Shown here: positions 1 to 12,177 of the stretch, piece by piece
Position numbering within the stretch: position 1 is the first letter of the stretch
How the letters are laid out: the number at the start of each line of letters is the position of its first letter
Assembly (NCBI RefSeq): GCF_006345805.1
Contig: NC_043000.1
Span: forward strand, 117,738,001 to 117,802,000
Direction: 5' to 3'
DNA from: Octopus sinensis
Taxonomy: Eukaryota
Length of the DNA stretch: 64,000 nt
Notes under the pieces: generated by a model
What the model saw: only the letters and a program-made list of their open reading frames with translations
Told to the model about the DNA's origin: nothing
Database searches by the model: none
Program-made: the position numbers and the translations under genes

Positions 1-39
1 GCAACGATGAGGCGGCACAATACATAAAGAGTATTCAGT

Positions 40-150
40 CATCTTTTACTTGTTTCAGTCATTGGAATGTGGCCATGCTGGAGGAACTTTAGTCAACGAA
101 ATGAACCTCAGTACCTATTTAAAGTCTGGTGCATATCATATCGGTCTTTA
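40..150 (-). mobile_element. SINE family A, 3' end fragment
   Basis: cttttacttgtttcagtcattggaatgtggccatgctggag matches the minus-strand 3' end of the full copies (e.g. 10435, 29098). Confidence 0.7.
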
Positions 151-155
151 TAAAC

Positions 156-156
<1 letters not shown>

Positions 157-227
<71 letters not shown>

Positions 228-243
228 TGAGAAAGTTGGTGTG

Positions 244-314
<71 letters not shown>

Positions 315-375
315 ATATGTATATATGTATGTATATAATATACATATAAATGTATAATGTTTGTATATATATCTG

Positions 376-408
<33 letters not shown>

Positions 409-536
409 TTATATATATATATATACACACACACATATATATATATATTTATATATATATATGTTTATATGCATATTTATGTATATATGTATGTTTATAT
501 ATATATATGTATATATTTATATATATATATATTTAT

Positions 537-570
<34 letters not shown>

Positions 571-613
571 GTTTATATATATGTGTATGTATATATGTTT
601 ATATATGTATATA

Positions 614-645
<32 letters not shown>

Positions 646-734
646 GTATATAATATATATATATATATATTATATATGTATATATGTATGTATATAATAT
701 ACATATAAATGTATATGTTTGTATATATATATGT

Positions 735-798
<64 letters not shown>

Positions 799-868
799 CA
801 CACATATATATATATATACACACATATATATATATATATATGTATATATGTATATACACACATTATTT
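157..868. repeat. Compound (TA)n/(TATG)n microsatellite with an internal ~360-bp duplication
   Basis: TA runs; the string gtatatatgtatgtatataatatacatataaatgtata occurs at ~319 and ~678. Confidence 0.95.
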
Positions 869-1244
869 ATTAACGGTGGAAGCAGCATTAGTTCAAAATA
901 GTAATCTGTCTGCGCATCGTTTACTTAACGTGAATATACTATAAGAAACTGACAATGCTGCGGTATTCGCCCTGAGTAATCATTCTGTGTAGATGTATAG
1001 TGCTAAAAAGCACGGAAGTGAATCAATAGCAAATGAAAAGCATCCATTAGCAGCGCTAGAATTGCAAAGCCCAGATTTCTGTGTCTGTGCACGTCATCTG
1101 TAGCGAGATGCCGCTCTATCAACTGGAAGCTTAGACAAATTTCGCTTCTGCTGACAGAGGAAAATCGTTATTAACTAATTAGTAGCGTTGCAAATAGCCC
1201 GCGGTCTGCGTAAAAACTCGTTATTAGCGACAGAAGCAGAATTA

Positions 1245-1254
1245 CACACACCGA

Positions 1255-1318
<64 letters not shown>

Positions 1319-1370
1319 CACGCACACACGCACCGACACACACACATATATGTATGTATGTATGTATGAA
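1245..1370. repeat. (CA)n/(TATG)n microsatellite
   Basis: Direct inspection. Confidence 0.95.
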
Positions 1371-1387
1371 TGTCATTGTTCAGTTGT

Positions 1388-1447
1388 ATTCGTAAGGTAT
1401 TTTTCGATGTTGTTGTTGTTGTTGTTGTTATTATTATTATTATTATT
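1388..1447 (-). mobile_element. Fragment of the tRNA-head/hammerhead SINE family (see 54899-55384)
   Basis: attcgtaaggtatttttcgatgttgttg...(att)n matches attcctaaggtatttttcgatgttatt at ~55062-55090. Confidence 0.6.
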
Positions 1448-1840
1448 ATATATATATATAAATATATATATCACTCTTTTTTGCTCCTGGGCTCCAGCCT
1501 ACCATGGTTTTTATGACATGCACTTTTTGACATACTTTTTTGTTTGAGGGGAGTAAGAAAAAATTCTTTTAGTTAATTGATATTATATTTTATTTAGATT
1601 TTTAGTTGCATGACACACTTTAGAGCTTTTAGTCGATTGTATATACATACCTTCTTGAAACGCGGTTCTATATATCTGTATTTTTATTTGCATATATATT
1701 TTTTTAACCTTGTGTTTTTTATATATGTATACTTTATATCTTTAAGGACCATGGTAATATTTATATATGATCAAATGTTGAATGCGTGGTGTTATATATT
1801 AAGTCGTTGACTCGAATTTGATGTTTGCTCTCTGATCAAC

Positions 1841-1845
<5 letters not shown>

Positions 1846-1918
<73 letters not shown>

Positions 1919-1931
1919 ATGTTATATATAT

Positions 1932-1972
<41 letters not shown>

Positions 1973-1979
1973 TATATAC

Positions 1980-2036
<57 letters not shown>

Positions 2037-2203
2037 AGTATGTATATATATATATTATGTATATATATATATATGCATGTATATATATATACATATATAT
2101 ATAATATATATACACATATATATATATAAGTATGTATATATATATGTATATATATATATAATATATATATATATATACATATATATGTATGTATATATAT
2201 TAT

Positions 2204-2235
<32 letters not shown>
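1846..2235. repeat. (TA)n compound microsatellite
   Basis: Direct inspection. Confidence 0.95.
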
Positions 2236-2522
2236 TAATTTCAACAATTGAGGGTAAAATTAATTAATTAATCAATTTCACCAAGTATTCAGTATGCAAA
2301 GGGACCATTTAAGGCGAATTCAAATTATTACATTATATAAAAGGGCTTAGTAAAATAAATTACTTTGCCGCATACTGAACTCATTAGAAATAGCAGCTAA
2401 AAAAACTTTTTTAAAAACTATTTCTAATACTTAAGAAAAACCTCTCTCATATAGTGTTTGCTCAATTCAACTCACGCAAATATGGGGGTAGAGACATTAA
2501 AAAATCAAGTGCAAAGGTTATT

Positions 2523-2575
2523 TGAGAACGTACGTTTCAAGATTAGTCAAAGTCGACATTTCTATCATCAGCTCA
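2523..2575 (-). ncRNA. Minimal type-I hammerhead ribozyme motif (copy 1)
   Basis: Minus strand reads tgag CTGATGA tagaaatgtc-gacttt-gactaatctt GAA ACGTACGT T ctca: intact core, palindromic stem III, GUU site. Confidence 0.75.
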
Positions 2576-3081
2576 GAACTCCCTGGTTTGGATTTGAAAA
2601 CACTGAAAGTGGGAGCATACCCTTTCGGCTTCCTCTCGCTTCTGAAGATCTGCTCGTAACTAACAGTGCCAACAAACTCAAAAATGCAAGCGAAGAATTT
2701 CTGCTCTCCCCTTTCCACCAGCGTGGGTTAAAATCAGTAAACACTATGCTTTTTTCGGTAAAATCCGCGGCATTATATAGAGAGAGATGAATTATAATTT
2801 CAACAATTGAGGGTAAAATTAATTAATTAATCAATTTCACCAAGTATTCAGTATGCAAAGGGACCATTTAAGGCGAATTCAAATTATTACATTATATAAA
2901 AGGGCTTAGTAAAATAAATTACTTTGCCGCATACTGAACTCATTAGAAATAGCAGCTAAAAAAACTTTTTTAAAAACTATTTCTAATACTTAAAGAAAAC
3001 CTCTCTCATATAGTGTTTGCTCAATTCAACTCACGCAAATATGGGGGTAGAGACATTAAAAAATCAAGTGCAAAGGTTATT

Positions 3082-3134
3082 TGAGAACGTACGTTTCAAG
3101 ATTAGTCAAAGTCGACATTTCTATCATCAGCTCA
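3082..3134 (-). ncRNA. Minimal type-I hammerhead ribozyme motif (copy 2)
   Basis: Identical to copy 1, offset by 559 bp. Confidence 0.75.
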
Positions 3135-3614
3135 GAACTCCCTGGTTTGGATTTGAAAACACTGAAAGTGGGAGCATACCCTTTCGGCTTCCTCTCGCTT
3201 CTGTTAGAAATAGTTTTTAAAAAAGTTTTTTTAGCTGCTATTTCTAATGAGTTCAGTATGCGGCAAAGTAATTTATTTTACTAAGCCCTTTTATATAATG
3301 TAATAATTTGAATTCGCCTTAAATGGTCCCTTTGCATACTGAATACTTGGTGAAATTGATTAATTAATTAATTTTACCCTCAATTGTTGAAATTATAATT
3401 CATCTCTCTCTATATAATGCCGCGGATTTTACCGAAAAAAGCATAGTGTTTACTGATTTTAACCCACGCTGGTGGAAAGGGGAGAGCAGAAATTCTTCGC
3501 TTGCATTTTTGAGTTTGTTGGCACTGTTAGTTACGAGCAGATCTTCAGAAGCGAGAGGAAGCCGAAAGGGTATGCTCCCACTTTCAGTGTTTTCAAATCC
3601 AAACCAGGGAGTTC

Positions 3615-3667
3615 TGAGCTGATGATAGAAATGTCGACTTTGACTAATCTTGAAACGTACGTTCTCA
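3615..3667 (+). ncRNA. Minimal type-I hammerhead ribozyme motif (inverted copy 3)
   Basis: tgag(3615) CTGATGA(3619-3625) stem II, GAA(3652) ACGTACGT(3655-3662) T(3663) ctca. Confidence 0.75.
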
Positions 3668-3872
3668 AATAACCTTTGCACTTGATTTTTTAATGTCTCT
3701 ACCCCCATATTTGCGTGAGTTGAATTGAGCAAACACTATATGAGAGAGGTTTTCTTTAAGTATTAGAAATAGTTTTTAAAAAAGTTTTTTTAGCTGCTAT
3801 TTCTAATGAGTTCAGTATGCGGCAAAGTAATTTATTTTACTAAGCCCTTTTATATAATGTAATAATTTGAAT

Positions 3873-4076
3873 ATATACATATATATATATATATGTATAT
3901 ATATATACATATATATATATACATATATATATGTATGTATATATATGTATATATATAATATATACATATTTATATATATGTATATATACATATATATATA
4001 TATGTATGTATATATATATATATATCTATATATATATATACATATATATATATAAGTATGTATATATATATATTAT

Positions 4077-4122
<46 letters not shown>

Positions 4123-4123
4123 C

Positions 4124-4177
<54 letters not shown>

Positions 4178-4194
4178 ATATATATTATATATAT
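3873..4194. repeat. (TA)n/(CA)n microsatellite
   Basis: Direct inspection. Confidence 0.95.
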
Positions 4195-4268
4195 GTAATC
4201 TTATCAGTGGCCAGCGTATAATAACCATCATATCGGTAAAATATTTTCCAGTTATATATGGTTGGTAT

Positions 4269-4329
4269 ATTCTACTGATGAATGTAAAGTAGTTTTTATT
4301 ACAAAACACGAAATCTTAAGATATAGAAT
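4269..4329 (+). ncRNA. Type-I hammerhead ribozyme motif, second family
   Basis: attcta CTGATGA(4275-4281) atgtaaa-gtagtttt-tattac-aaaacac GAA ATCTTAAGAT A tagaat: 6-bp stem I, 10-nt palindromic stem III, AUA site. Confidence 0.75.
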
Positions 4330-4499
4330 TGTCCAAAATTTTATAAATCTCCTTGGCCATCTCCCCGCATTCAACCTTTTGCAAAAAGGAGAGCAAACAT
4401 AGTGTGGTTCGTAGAAATTTCACATCTACTTCTAGCGTATTGGCGTTATCCCTCCACCACCCTTGATCATTATTATTTACTTAAATATGTAAGGTAAAT

Positions 4500-5003
4500 G
4501 GCACTGTCATGCTTTTAGTTGTCAGAAGTGAAAGTAGTCAACTTCGTGTATTTACGTCAGGTTTATACCTTCGTTAATTTACGCCGTTTATTTACGTACC
4601 ACCACGCTGTTAGGTTTATAAAACGGCGATCTTTCGTCTCTAGTAGACCTTTCCGTCGATTTCCGTAAAAAACTTCTTTTTTTTTTACATGTGGGCTTGC
4701 GGGAACTTTTGAAGTAATGAGAGCGAAAGAGACTAAGAGAAAGCGATTGTATGACGAGGGAAGTTCTTTTGAAGTTACCGTGCATGGGAAGCATTGATGT
4801 ACATGTGTGCGTGTGTGTGTTTGATGGGGTGTGGGAGACAGACAGTATGTTGTGTAAGTGAAGTGCTTCTGTTAGTGTGTGTGAAGAGACAGAGAGAGTA
4901 ATGTGTGAAAGAGAGAGATAACTGAAATTTTTTACTCGGTGTATGTGTATATGTATGTATGTGTGTGTGTGTATGTATCTATGTATGTGTGTGTGTATGT
5001 ATG

Positions 5004-5037
<34 letters not shown>

Positions 5038-6760
5038 GCCGATTCAGTGTTTACATTATTTCGAGTTAAAACGAAAGATTACCTTTGCCTGTTTATGTAA
5101 CGGTCTGCTATGTAGAAAATAATGAGGTTGACTCAATGGAATAATAACAGTGATCGAAGATATAGACAAATTTTTATTTATTTAATCGTTATACATGCCT
5201 TGTCGACTGCTACTGTGCAGCCTTAATGTCTCTGTTGATGTGACGATGGTGAAATGGTAAGAAAAAGACGGGAGAGTTATAAAATGAGGAGGAGATATTC
5301 TTCTCATGAGAAAAGAGTTGCATGCAAAGGAAAAGGCTTTGAGCAAAAGGCTTCGTTTCACGTTACTACGATCGACACAGTTTTAAATGGGCAACCCTAC
5401 CCGTCTACCCTCAGGGTGGCATCACTCAGAAGCTACAACAATGCGAGGAAGCGCATTGTGACCAGCGATATGTAGCAAAAATTTTAAGTCAAACGGAAAA
5501 CACATCAATTGACTTAGCAAAGCCATGTTGATTCTTAAGTTTGGATGAGTTCGTGTACCGTGGGGGAGTAGAGGAATTTGGCATTTCGGAACTGTCCCTT
5601 CGTCTCAAAACAACACAAATCACTGTACCGACTAGACTGTCGGATGTTGCTAACTGAATCGGCCATACATACATACATACACACACACACACATACATAC
5701 ACACGCATACACACATACACACACACACACATAGATACATACACACACACATACATGCATACACACATATACACATACACCGAGTAAAAAATTTCAGTTA
5801 TCTCTCTCTTTCACACATTACTCTGTCTCTTCACACACACTAACAGAAGCACTTCACTTACACAACATACTGTCTGTCTCCCACACCCCATCAAACACAC
5901 ACACGCACACACACACACACGCGTACACACACACACACGTACACACACACACACACACACACGCACACACACACACACACACGCACACACACACACATGT
6001 ACATCAATGCTTCCCATGCACGGTAACTTCAAAAGAACTTCCTTCGTCATACAATCGCTTTCTCTTAGTCTCTTTCGCTCTCATTACTTCAAAAGTTCCC
6101 GCAAGCCCATATGTAAAAAAAAAAGTTTTTTACGGAAATCGACGGAAAGGTCTACTAGAGACGAAAGATTGCCATATATATATTATATATATATATGTAT
6201 ACACATGTATATATATATATATATATACACATGTATATATACACATGTATATATATATATGTATACACATGTATATATGTATATATATACATGTATAGAC
6301 ACATATTTAATTAAACTATTGACCGCCTTAAAACGGATTTCAACAGACAAATATTACTATGATAGATAATATAAGCATATAACTACTTATACACACATAC
6401 AATAAATACAGACACACACACATTAGTCAGACATATAGCCACATATACACACACACAAACGTGTGTATGATTGGTGTATGTGATCGCGGTGGTGGTGGTC
6501 ATTTGTGCAGATTTGGTGTGATTTCTTTTTTAAAAACAATAGTGAATAATACAAGAATATATTTATTTATAAAGTTTAAACAGAACATGGAATGAAATGT
6601 ATTTATTTATAAACTTTAAACTGAACTTCCCAATTGTTTTATAAACCTAACAGCGTGGTGGTACGTAAATAAACGGTGTAAATTAACGAAGGTATAAACC
6701 TAACGTAAATACACGAAGTTGACTACTTTCACTTCTGACAACTAAAAGCATGACAGTGCC
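4500..6760. mobile_element. Non-autonomous DNA transposon with ~550-bp TIRs and 8-bp TSD (Merlin-like)
   Basis: Termini ggcactgtcatgc / gcatgacagtgcc; aggtaaat duplicated at 4492-4499 and 6761-6768; left arm 4500-5048 mirrors right arm 5653-6760, which is interrupted by a 6174-6635 insertion. Confidence 0.8.
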
Positions 6761-7020
6761 AGGTAAATCTCCAAATTATGTTGGTAGGGATATGCAATCC
6801 TAGCGGGTACTGCATTCGCTTTTACCAGTTAATAATGCTGGCTAACCTCCGTAAGTGTAGAAAAACTCCAGTTAGTTTCTTTCACTATTCACAGCAGATC
6901 TTCACGTCGTTAAATCTATATGTCTGTCAAAACTGCATGTTGCTAGAAGAGAATAAATAATAAATGAATTATTAAAGAGTACGGAGATTTATATATTCAG
7001 TATTATTCTACAGTCAATCA

Positions 7021-7226
7021 CGTCTTTCCATTTCTGCACCTACATATGTTTCTGTTGAAACTCAATGCACACTGCGTCTTGGTGAGCATTTGGTGTTAAT
7101 TATCGCTTCTTCAGAGCGCTATTAACTACATTTCAGATCCCATCTGAACTAAGTACAAGATGTAAAATTTTGCAATGTGTACTGAGTTGCAGCAGAAACA
7201 TATGTATGCGTAGAAATATAAAAACG
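7021..7226. repeat. Degenerate fold-back (~55-bp inverted arms)
   Basis: 7021-7076 is approximately the reverse complement of 7171-7226; both arms contain acatatgt. Confidence 0.65.
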
Positions 7227-7580
7227 ATAAACGTCGCCCTTTTCAAGCCTGCCCAGGCTCATAAGCCCGGTTTCTGTGGCGTATGAGTTCCCCCCAGCTG
7301 GACGGGACTCCAGTCCATCGCAGAAATAAATGCGCCATTTTAAAGCCCAGCCAGGCTCATGGGCTCGGTTTCCCAGTTTCAAAGGCGTATGTGTTCCCCA
7401 GCTAGACGGGACGCCAGTCCATCGCAGCGTTACTCATTTGTGCCAGCTGAGTGGACTGGAGTAACGTGAAATGAAGTGTTTTGCTCAAGAGCACAACGTG
7501 TCGCCCGGTCCAGGAATCGAAACCACAATCTTACGATCATGATGCTGACACCCTAACCACTAAGCCACGCGCCTCCACAG
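7225..7580 (-). mobile_element. tRNA-derived SINE family D with duplicated 3' tail
   Basis: Minus head gtggaggcgcgtggcttagtggttagggtgtcag... has A/B boxes; the tail segment caggctcat...cagtccatcgcag occurs twice. Confidence 0.8.
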
Positions 7581-7646
7581 GTGTAGAAATGGTAAAACGT
7601 AATTGACTGCAGAATAAAACTGGAGTATTAATTTGTTGTATATATT

Positions 7647-7922
7647 GGCGTTGCTGTGTGGTAAGACGATCACTTCCCAACCCCATGGTTCTGGGTACAG
7701 TCCCACTACGTGGCACCTTGGGCAATGTCTTCTACTATAGTCTCGGGCCGACCAAAACCTTGTGAGTGGATTTGTAGACGGAAACTGAAAGAAGCCCGTC
7801 GTATATATATATGTGCGTGTGTGGGTGTCTTTGTCCTCCCACCATCGCTTGACAACCGACGCTGGTGTGTTTACGTGTGTTGGTGTGCTTACATACATAC
7901 ATACATACATACTACATACATA

Positions 7923-7966
<44 letters not shown>

Positions 7967-8133
7967 CATACTTATATACATAAATATATTACATATATAT
8001 ACAAATACATATATACACACATACATATATCACACATACATATACACAGGCATGTATATGCATATATATATATATGCATACATACATATATGCATATATA
8101 TATATATATATATATATATTAATATATATAATA

Positions 8134-8189
<56 letters not shown>

Positions 8190-8392
8190 TACATACATTG
8201 GTGTGCGTGTACGTGTTTGTTCCATCACCGCTTGACGGCAGTGTTGTTTCGTTTACGTCATCGTAACTTAGTGGTTCGGCAAAACAGATTTAAAAAATTC
8301 TAAGACCTACGGTCAATTTATTCAACTAAAACCCTTTAAGGTGGTGCCTCCGCATGACTTCAGTAAAATGACAGACACAAGTAAAAGATAAA
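7647..8392 (+). mobile_element. SINE family A, full length, with expanded internal (TA)n tract
   Basis: Head gctgtgtggtaag...ggcaccttgggcaa...gaagcccgtcg, then ~400 bp of TA, then tail acaagtaaaag. Confidence 0.85.
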
Positions 8393-8614
8393 CGATATTT
8401 TTCGGCAGCGCAATAAAATGTCAGGGCCTCAAATACGAGCAAGCATTACCTTCAGCAGCACAAACATATCGCTTATAGTAAGAAGACAGTAATACTTAAA
8501 GTTATTATATACAAGACACCCAGCACAATTTACAACACACATAAAAGGCAGTAAAGAACGCATACCAATGTAATGTCATACTTAGAACATTCATGGGCAC
8601 CGCATTAAGCCAAC

Positions 8615-8716
8615 AGAAATAGAAATAGAAATAGCAATAAGGTATACAAGAAATAGAAATAGAAATAGCTATAAGGTATACAAAAGAAATAGAAATAGCA
8701 ATAAGGTATACAAAAC
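8615..8716 (+). repeat. Minisatellite, ~3 x (gaaatagaaatagaaatagcaataaggtatacaa)
   Basis: Three imperfect 32-35-bp units. Confidence 0.85.
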
Positions 8717-9689
8717 GATACAAGAAAAGCATCATGAGCGATGGTAATCCGAACACATGGCAATAAATCACAGAATGCAAGTAAAAAGAATGACAGTTGA
8801 CATATTCTAAAGTGATCACTTATTAATACGTGGTTATTTTCCTAGCTTAGGAAACGAGAGATAGGAAGAAGGTTCTTTGTGTTTACGTACGAAATAATAA
8901 CCGGTTACCGGGATATTCTTCGTTGTGAAAATATGTTAAAGTACAACATCGGCTACAAACAATTTCACAAGCCGTTTTACGATATATTCTTTAAGGAGTC
9001 GTAAATTCTTTCAAACTGTTGTTTCTTAAAGGTAAACCCTTGCATGCCGACGAATACTCACTCATGAACATACGCGCTTTGACCATTGTCAAAACGTTCA
9101 AAGTGCATTCCCGTGAAATTACAGCTGGAATTAGTCAAGCGATGCCTGTTAATACAAGGGATAATAACCATCCTTTGACAACATGAGGTGGAATTAAAAT
9201 TCTAAATTTTAAATTAAGGAATATTAGGAAGCAGATGCATAACATTCGTGTTTTCAATTTTTTGTTTCCCTATTAAAGTTGGTGGTAATCATACATGGCA
9301 CTATTTCATTCTTTTCAGAAATCGACAGCATGATTTAAACTGTGACTTATTTATTAGATACATTACAAAGTGAAGCATTTTATTAAAATTAAAAAGCGGA
9401 TTTAATTACAGTCCAGAGGAAATTAATGAACTGTATTTTCACTCTCAAAGAGCGTTTGAAGTTTAGAAATCAGAAAGAACCAGGTGGACTTGTATGGAGC
9501 ATAATTTTTTTGTTATGGCAACCCATCAAAACCGACCACTACCACAATACACAAAGCTATTTGCATGATACACACACATACGCGCACACATGGACACACA
9601 CATGCAATCATCATCATCACTATACAACACAGACCACTACCACTACCTACACTGACAACTGTGAACACACACACACACACACAGCCGCC

Positions 9690-9795
9690 GCCACAACCAC
9701 CACCACCACCACCACCACAACCACCACCACCACCACCACCACCACCACCACCACCACCACCACCACCACTACCACCACCACCACCACCACCACTC
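9690..9795. repeat. (CCA)n microsatellite
   Basis: Direct inspection; explains the poly-P/T/G ORFs. Confidence 0.95.
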
Positions 9796-10434
9796 CACAT
9801 CAAACACATCAGCCTCTAGCAAACGGTAAAAAAGAAATCAAAGGAAACTTGTAGCGGCGGTGGTTGTCGTTGTTGCTGTGGTAGTGTTGGGTTGTGGCTA
9901 TTATTGTGGTGGTAGTGGTGGTGCTGATGATCTGCAGCGGCAAACATCTTTTTATTTAGTTAAGTACGATGTCTTTAATGTGTGGATGCAGTATGAAGAA
10001 AAAAAAAAGCAGAAACAAACACTAATAGAAAAAAACGACAAAAACAAAATGTTGACTTAATCAGGCACTCGATCCTAAGACGACGCATCAACAGCAGCCA
10101 CCTCCAGAGACGGCGCGTCTACAGTGTCGTTCAATGTACTAGAATTATCAGTCAAATCATTGCAAATAGCCAAGTGGCTTCGGGTTCCGTTTCAGTCTGT
10201 GCGGCACTTTGGATAAATATCCGCTGCTATAACCTCTGGCCAACCAATACCTTGTGAGGGAATTTGGTAGACAGACAATGAGTGGAAAGCCAGTATACAT
10301 AGTTATATATATATGTATTATATATATATACATACATATGTATATATATATATATATATATATTATTATATATATAATATATATATACTATATATCTATC
10401 TATCATATATATACATAATATATATACAATATTC

Positions 10435-10650
10435 TTTTATTCTTTTACTTGTTTCAGTCATTGACTGCGGCCATGCTGGAGCACCGCCTTTAATCGAGCA
10501 AATTGACCCGGGACTTATTCTTTTGTAAGCCCAGTACTTATTCCGTCGGTCTCTTTTGCCGAACCGCTAAGTAACGGGGGACATAAACACACCAGCATCG
10601 GTTGTCAAGCAATGCTAGGGGACAAACACAGACACACAAACACACACACA

Positions 10651-10700
<50 letters not shown>

Positions 10701-10862
10701 TACGACTGGCTTCTTTCAGTTTCCGTCTACCAAATCCACTCACAAGGCTTGGTCGCCCGAGGCTATAGTAGAAGACACTTGCCCAATGTGCCACGCAGTG
10801 GGACTGAATCCGGAACCATGTGGTTGTAGACGAGCTACTTACCACACAGCCACTTCAGCGCC
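10435..10862 (-). mobile_element. SINE family A, full length
   Basis: cttttacttgtttcagtcattgactgcggccatgctggagcaccgcc ... cttaccacacagccac. Confidence 0.9.
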
Positions 10863-10896
10863 TATATATATAGATATATATATATAAAATATATAT

Positions 10897-10934
<38 letters not shown>

Positions 10935-11001
10935 TATATATTATATTATTATATCATATATATATATATAATTATATATTATATATATAAATATATATAT
11001 A

Positions 11002-11040
<39 letters not shown>

Positions 11041-11480
11041 ATATATATATATATATATATTAGAGAGAAGAGAGAGAGAGAGAGAGAGTAGAGAGAGATA
11101 ATGATAATATAGATATTAGAAAAAAACCACCTTTTATCAATTTAAAATTAACAATTAAATTACCCATCTAGAAAATTACATATAATAGAAATATTAAATA
11201 TAAATATACAATAATATACCGATGATTAAGTAAAGTGCAATATACATACATACATACATACATATATATATATTATTATATATATATTATATATATATAT
11301 ATTTATATATAAATATATTATATATAAAATATAAAATATATATATATATATATAAGCATATAATGTAAATAATATATATATATATATATATTATATAATA
11401 TAATATATATATTATATATATATATATATATAATACATATATACATACATATATGTACATACCTACATATATATGTAATA
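10863..11480. repeat. (TA)n/(GA)n low-complexity tract with a short embedded AT-rich fragment
   Basis: Direct inspection. Confidence 0.85.
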
Positions 11481-11484
11481 TACC

Positions 11485-11670
11485 TGCATATATGGGTACA
11501 GGATGTCAAAGAACGAGACAGGTGTGTATGAAACAAACAGATGTATTAGTATAACGCTCAGGAATTGAAAAAGTCTTTTACGTTTCGAGCCTACGCTCCT
11601 CTACAGAAAAGGACACAGAAAAAAAAACAAGGAAGAAAAAAAATGCTTGTAGTGGCCACCGATCTATCAT
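11485..11670 (-). mobile_element. Penelope-like repeat fragment carrying a hammerhead-like motif; paralog at 23735-23940
   Basis: Shares aaacaaacagatgta...gaaaaagtcttttacgtttcgagcctacgctc with 23745-23826; flanked by TA. Confidence 0.65.
11575..11610 (-). ncRNA. Minimal hammerhead-like motif with atypical core
   Basis: Minus: tttt CTGTAGA g gagc-gtag-gctc GAA ACGT A aaag (A6 to U in the core). Confidence 0.55.
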
Positions 11671-11700
11671 GGATATATATATATAAATATTATATAATAT

Positions 11701-11750
<50 letters not shown>

Positions 11751-11809
11751 ATATATATATATATACATATATATATATAAACATGTATGCATATGTATAT
11801 ATTCCTTTA

Positions 11810-12175
11810 TTTGTTTACTTGTTACAGTTATTAGACTACGGCACCGCTTTAAGGAATTTTAGTCGAATGAAGCTATCCATGTACTTATTTTGAAGCCTGA
11901 TACTTATTCTATCAGTTTTTTTCGCCAAACAGCTTAGTTACGGGGACATAAACACACAATCAGCTGTTGTCCTGTCAGTGGCAGGAGACAAACACAGACA
12001 CAAAGATACACACACTTACATACATATACACATATTTATACGACGGGCTTCTTTCAGTTTCCGTTTACCAAATCCACTCACAAGGCTTTGGTCGGCCTGA
12101 GGCTATAGTAGAAAATACTTGCCCAAGGTGGAACACAGTGGCACTGAAACCGGAAACATGTGGTAGGGAAGCAAT
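11810..12175 (-). mobile_element. SINE family A
   Basis: gacgggcttctttcagtttccgtttaccaaatccactcacaaggctttggtcggcc. Confidence 0.85.
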
Positions 12176-12177
12176 CT

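Larger units (their letters stand above)
2236..3872. mobile_element. Hammerhead-bearing 559-bp repeat unit in tandem plus inverted copies (Penelope pLTR- or retrozyme-like)
   Basis: caacaattgagggtaaaatt at 2242 and 2801 (559-bp period). 3204-3872 is the reverse complement of 2318-2986. Copies are near-identical, carry three hammerhead motifs, and have TA tracts on both sides. Confidence 0.8.

Noticed and set aside
2458-2790. 110-aa ORF MLNSTHANMG... present three times
   Set aside because: It starts at TTG, has no recognisable domain, and lies antisense to the hammerhead in a non-coding repeat; its recurrence only reflects the duplication.
5049-5652. Possible transposase remnant in the Merlin-like core
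   Set aside because: Only a faint DG*GCPFKTVSI resemblance to a zinc-ribbon region; there are no DDE motifs.
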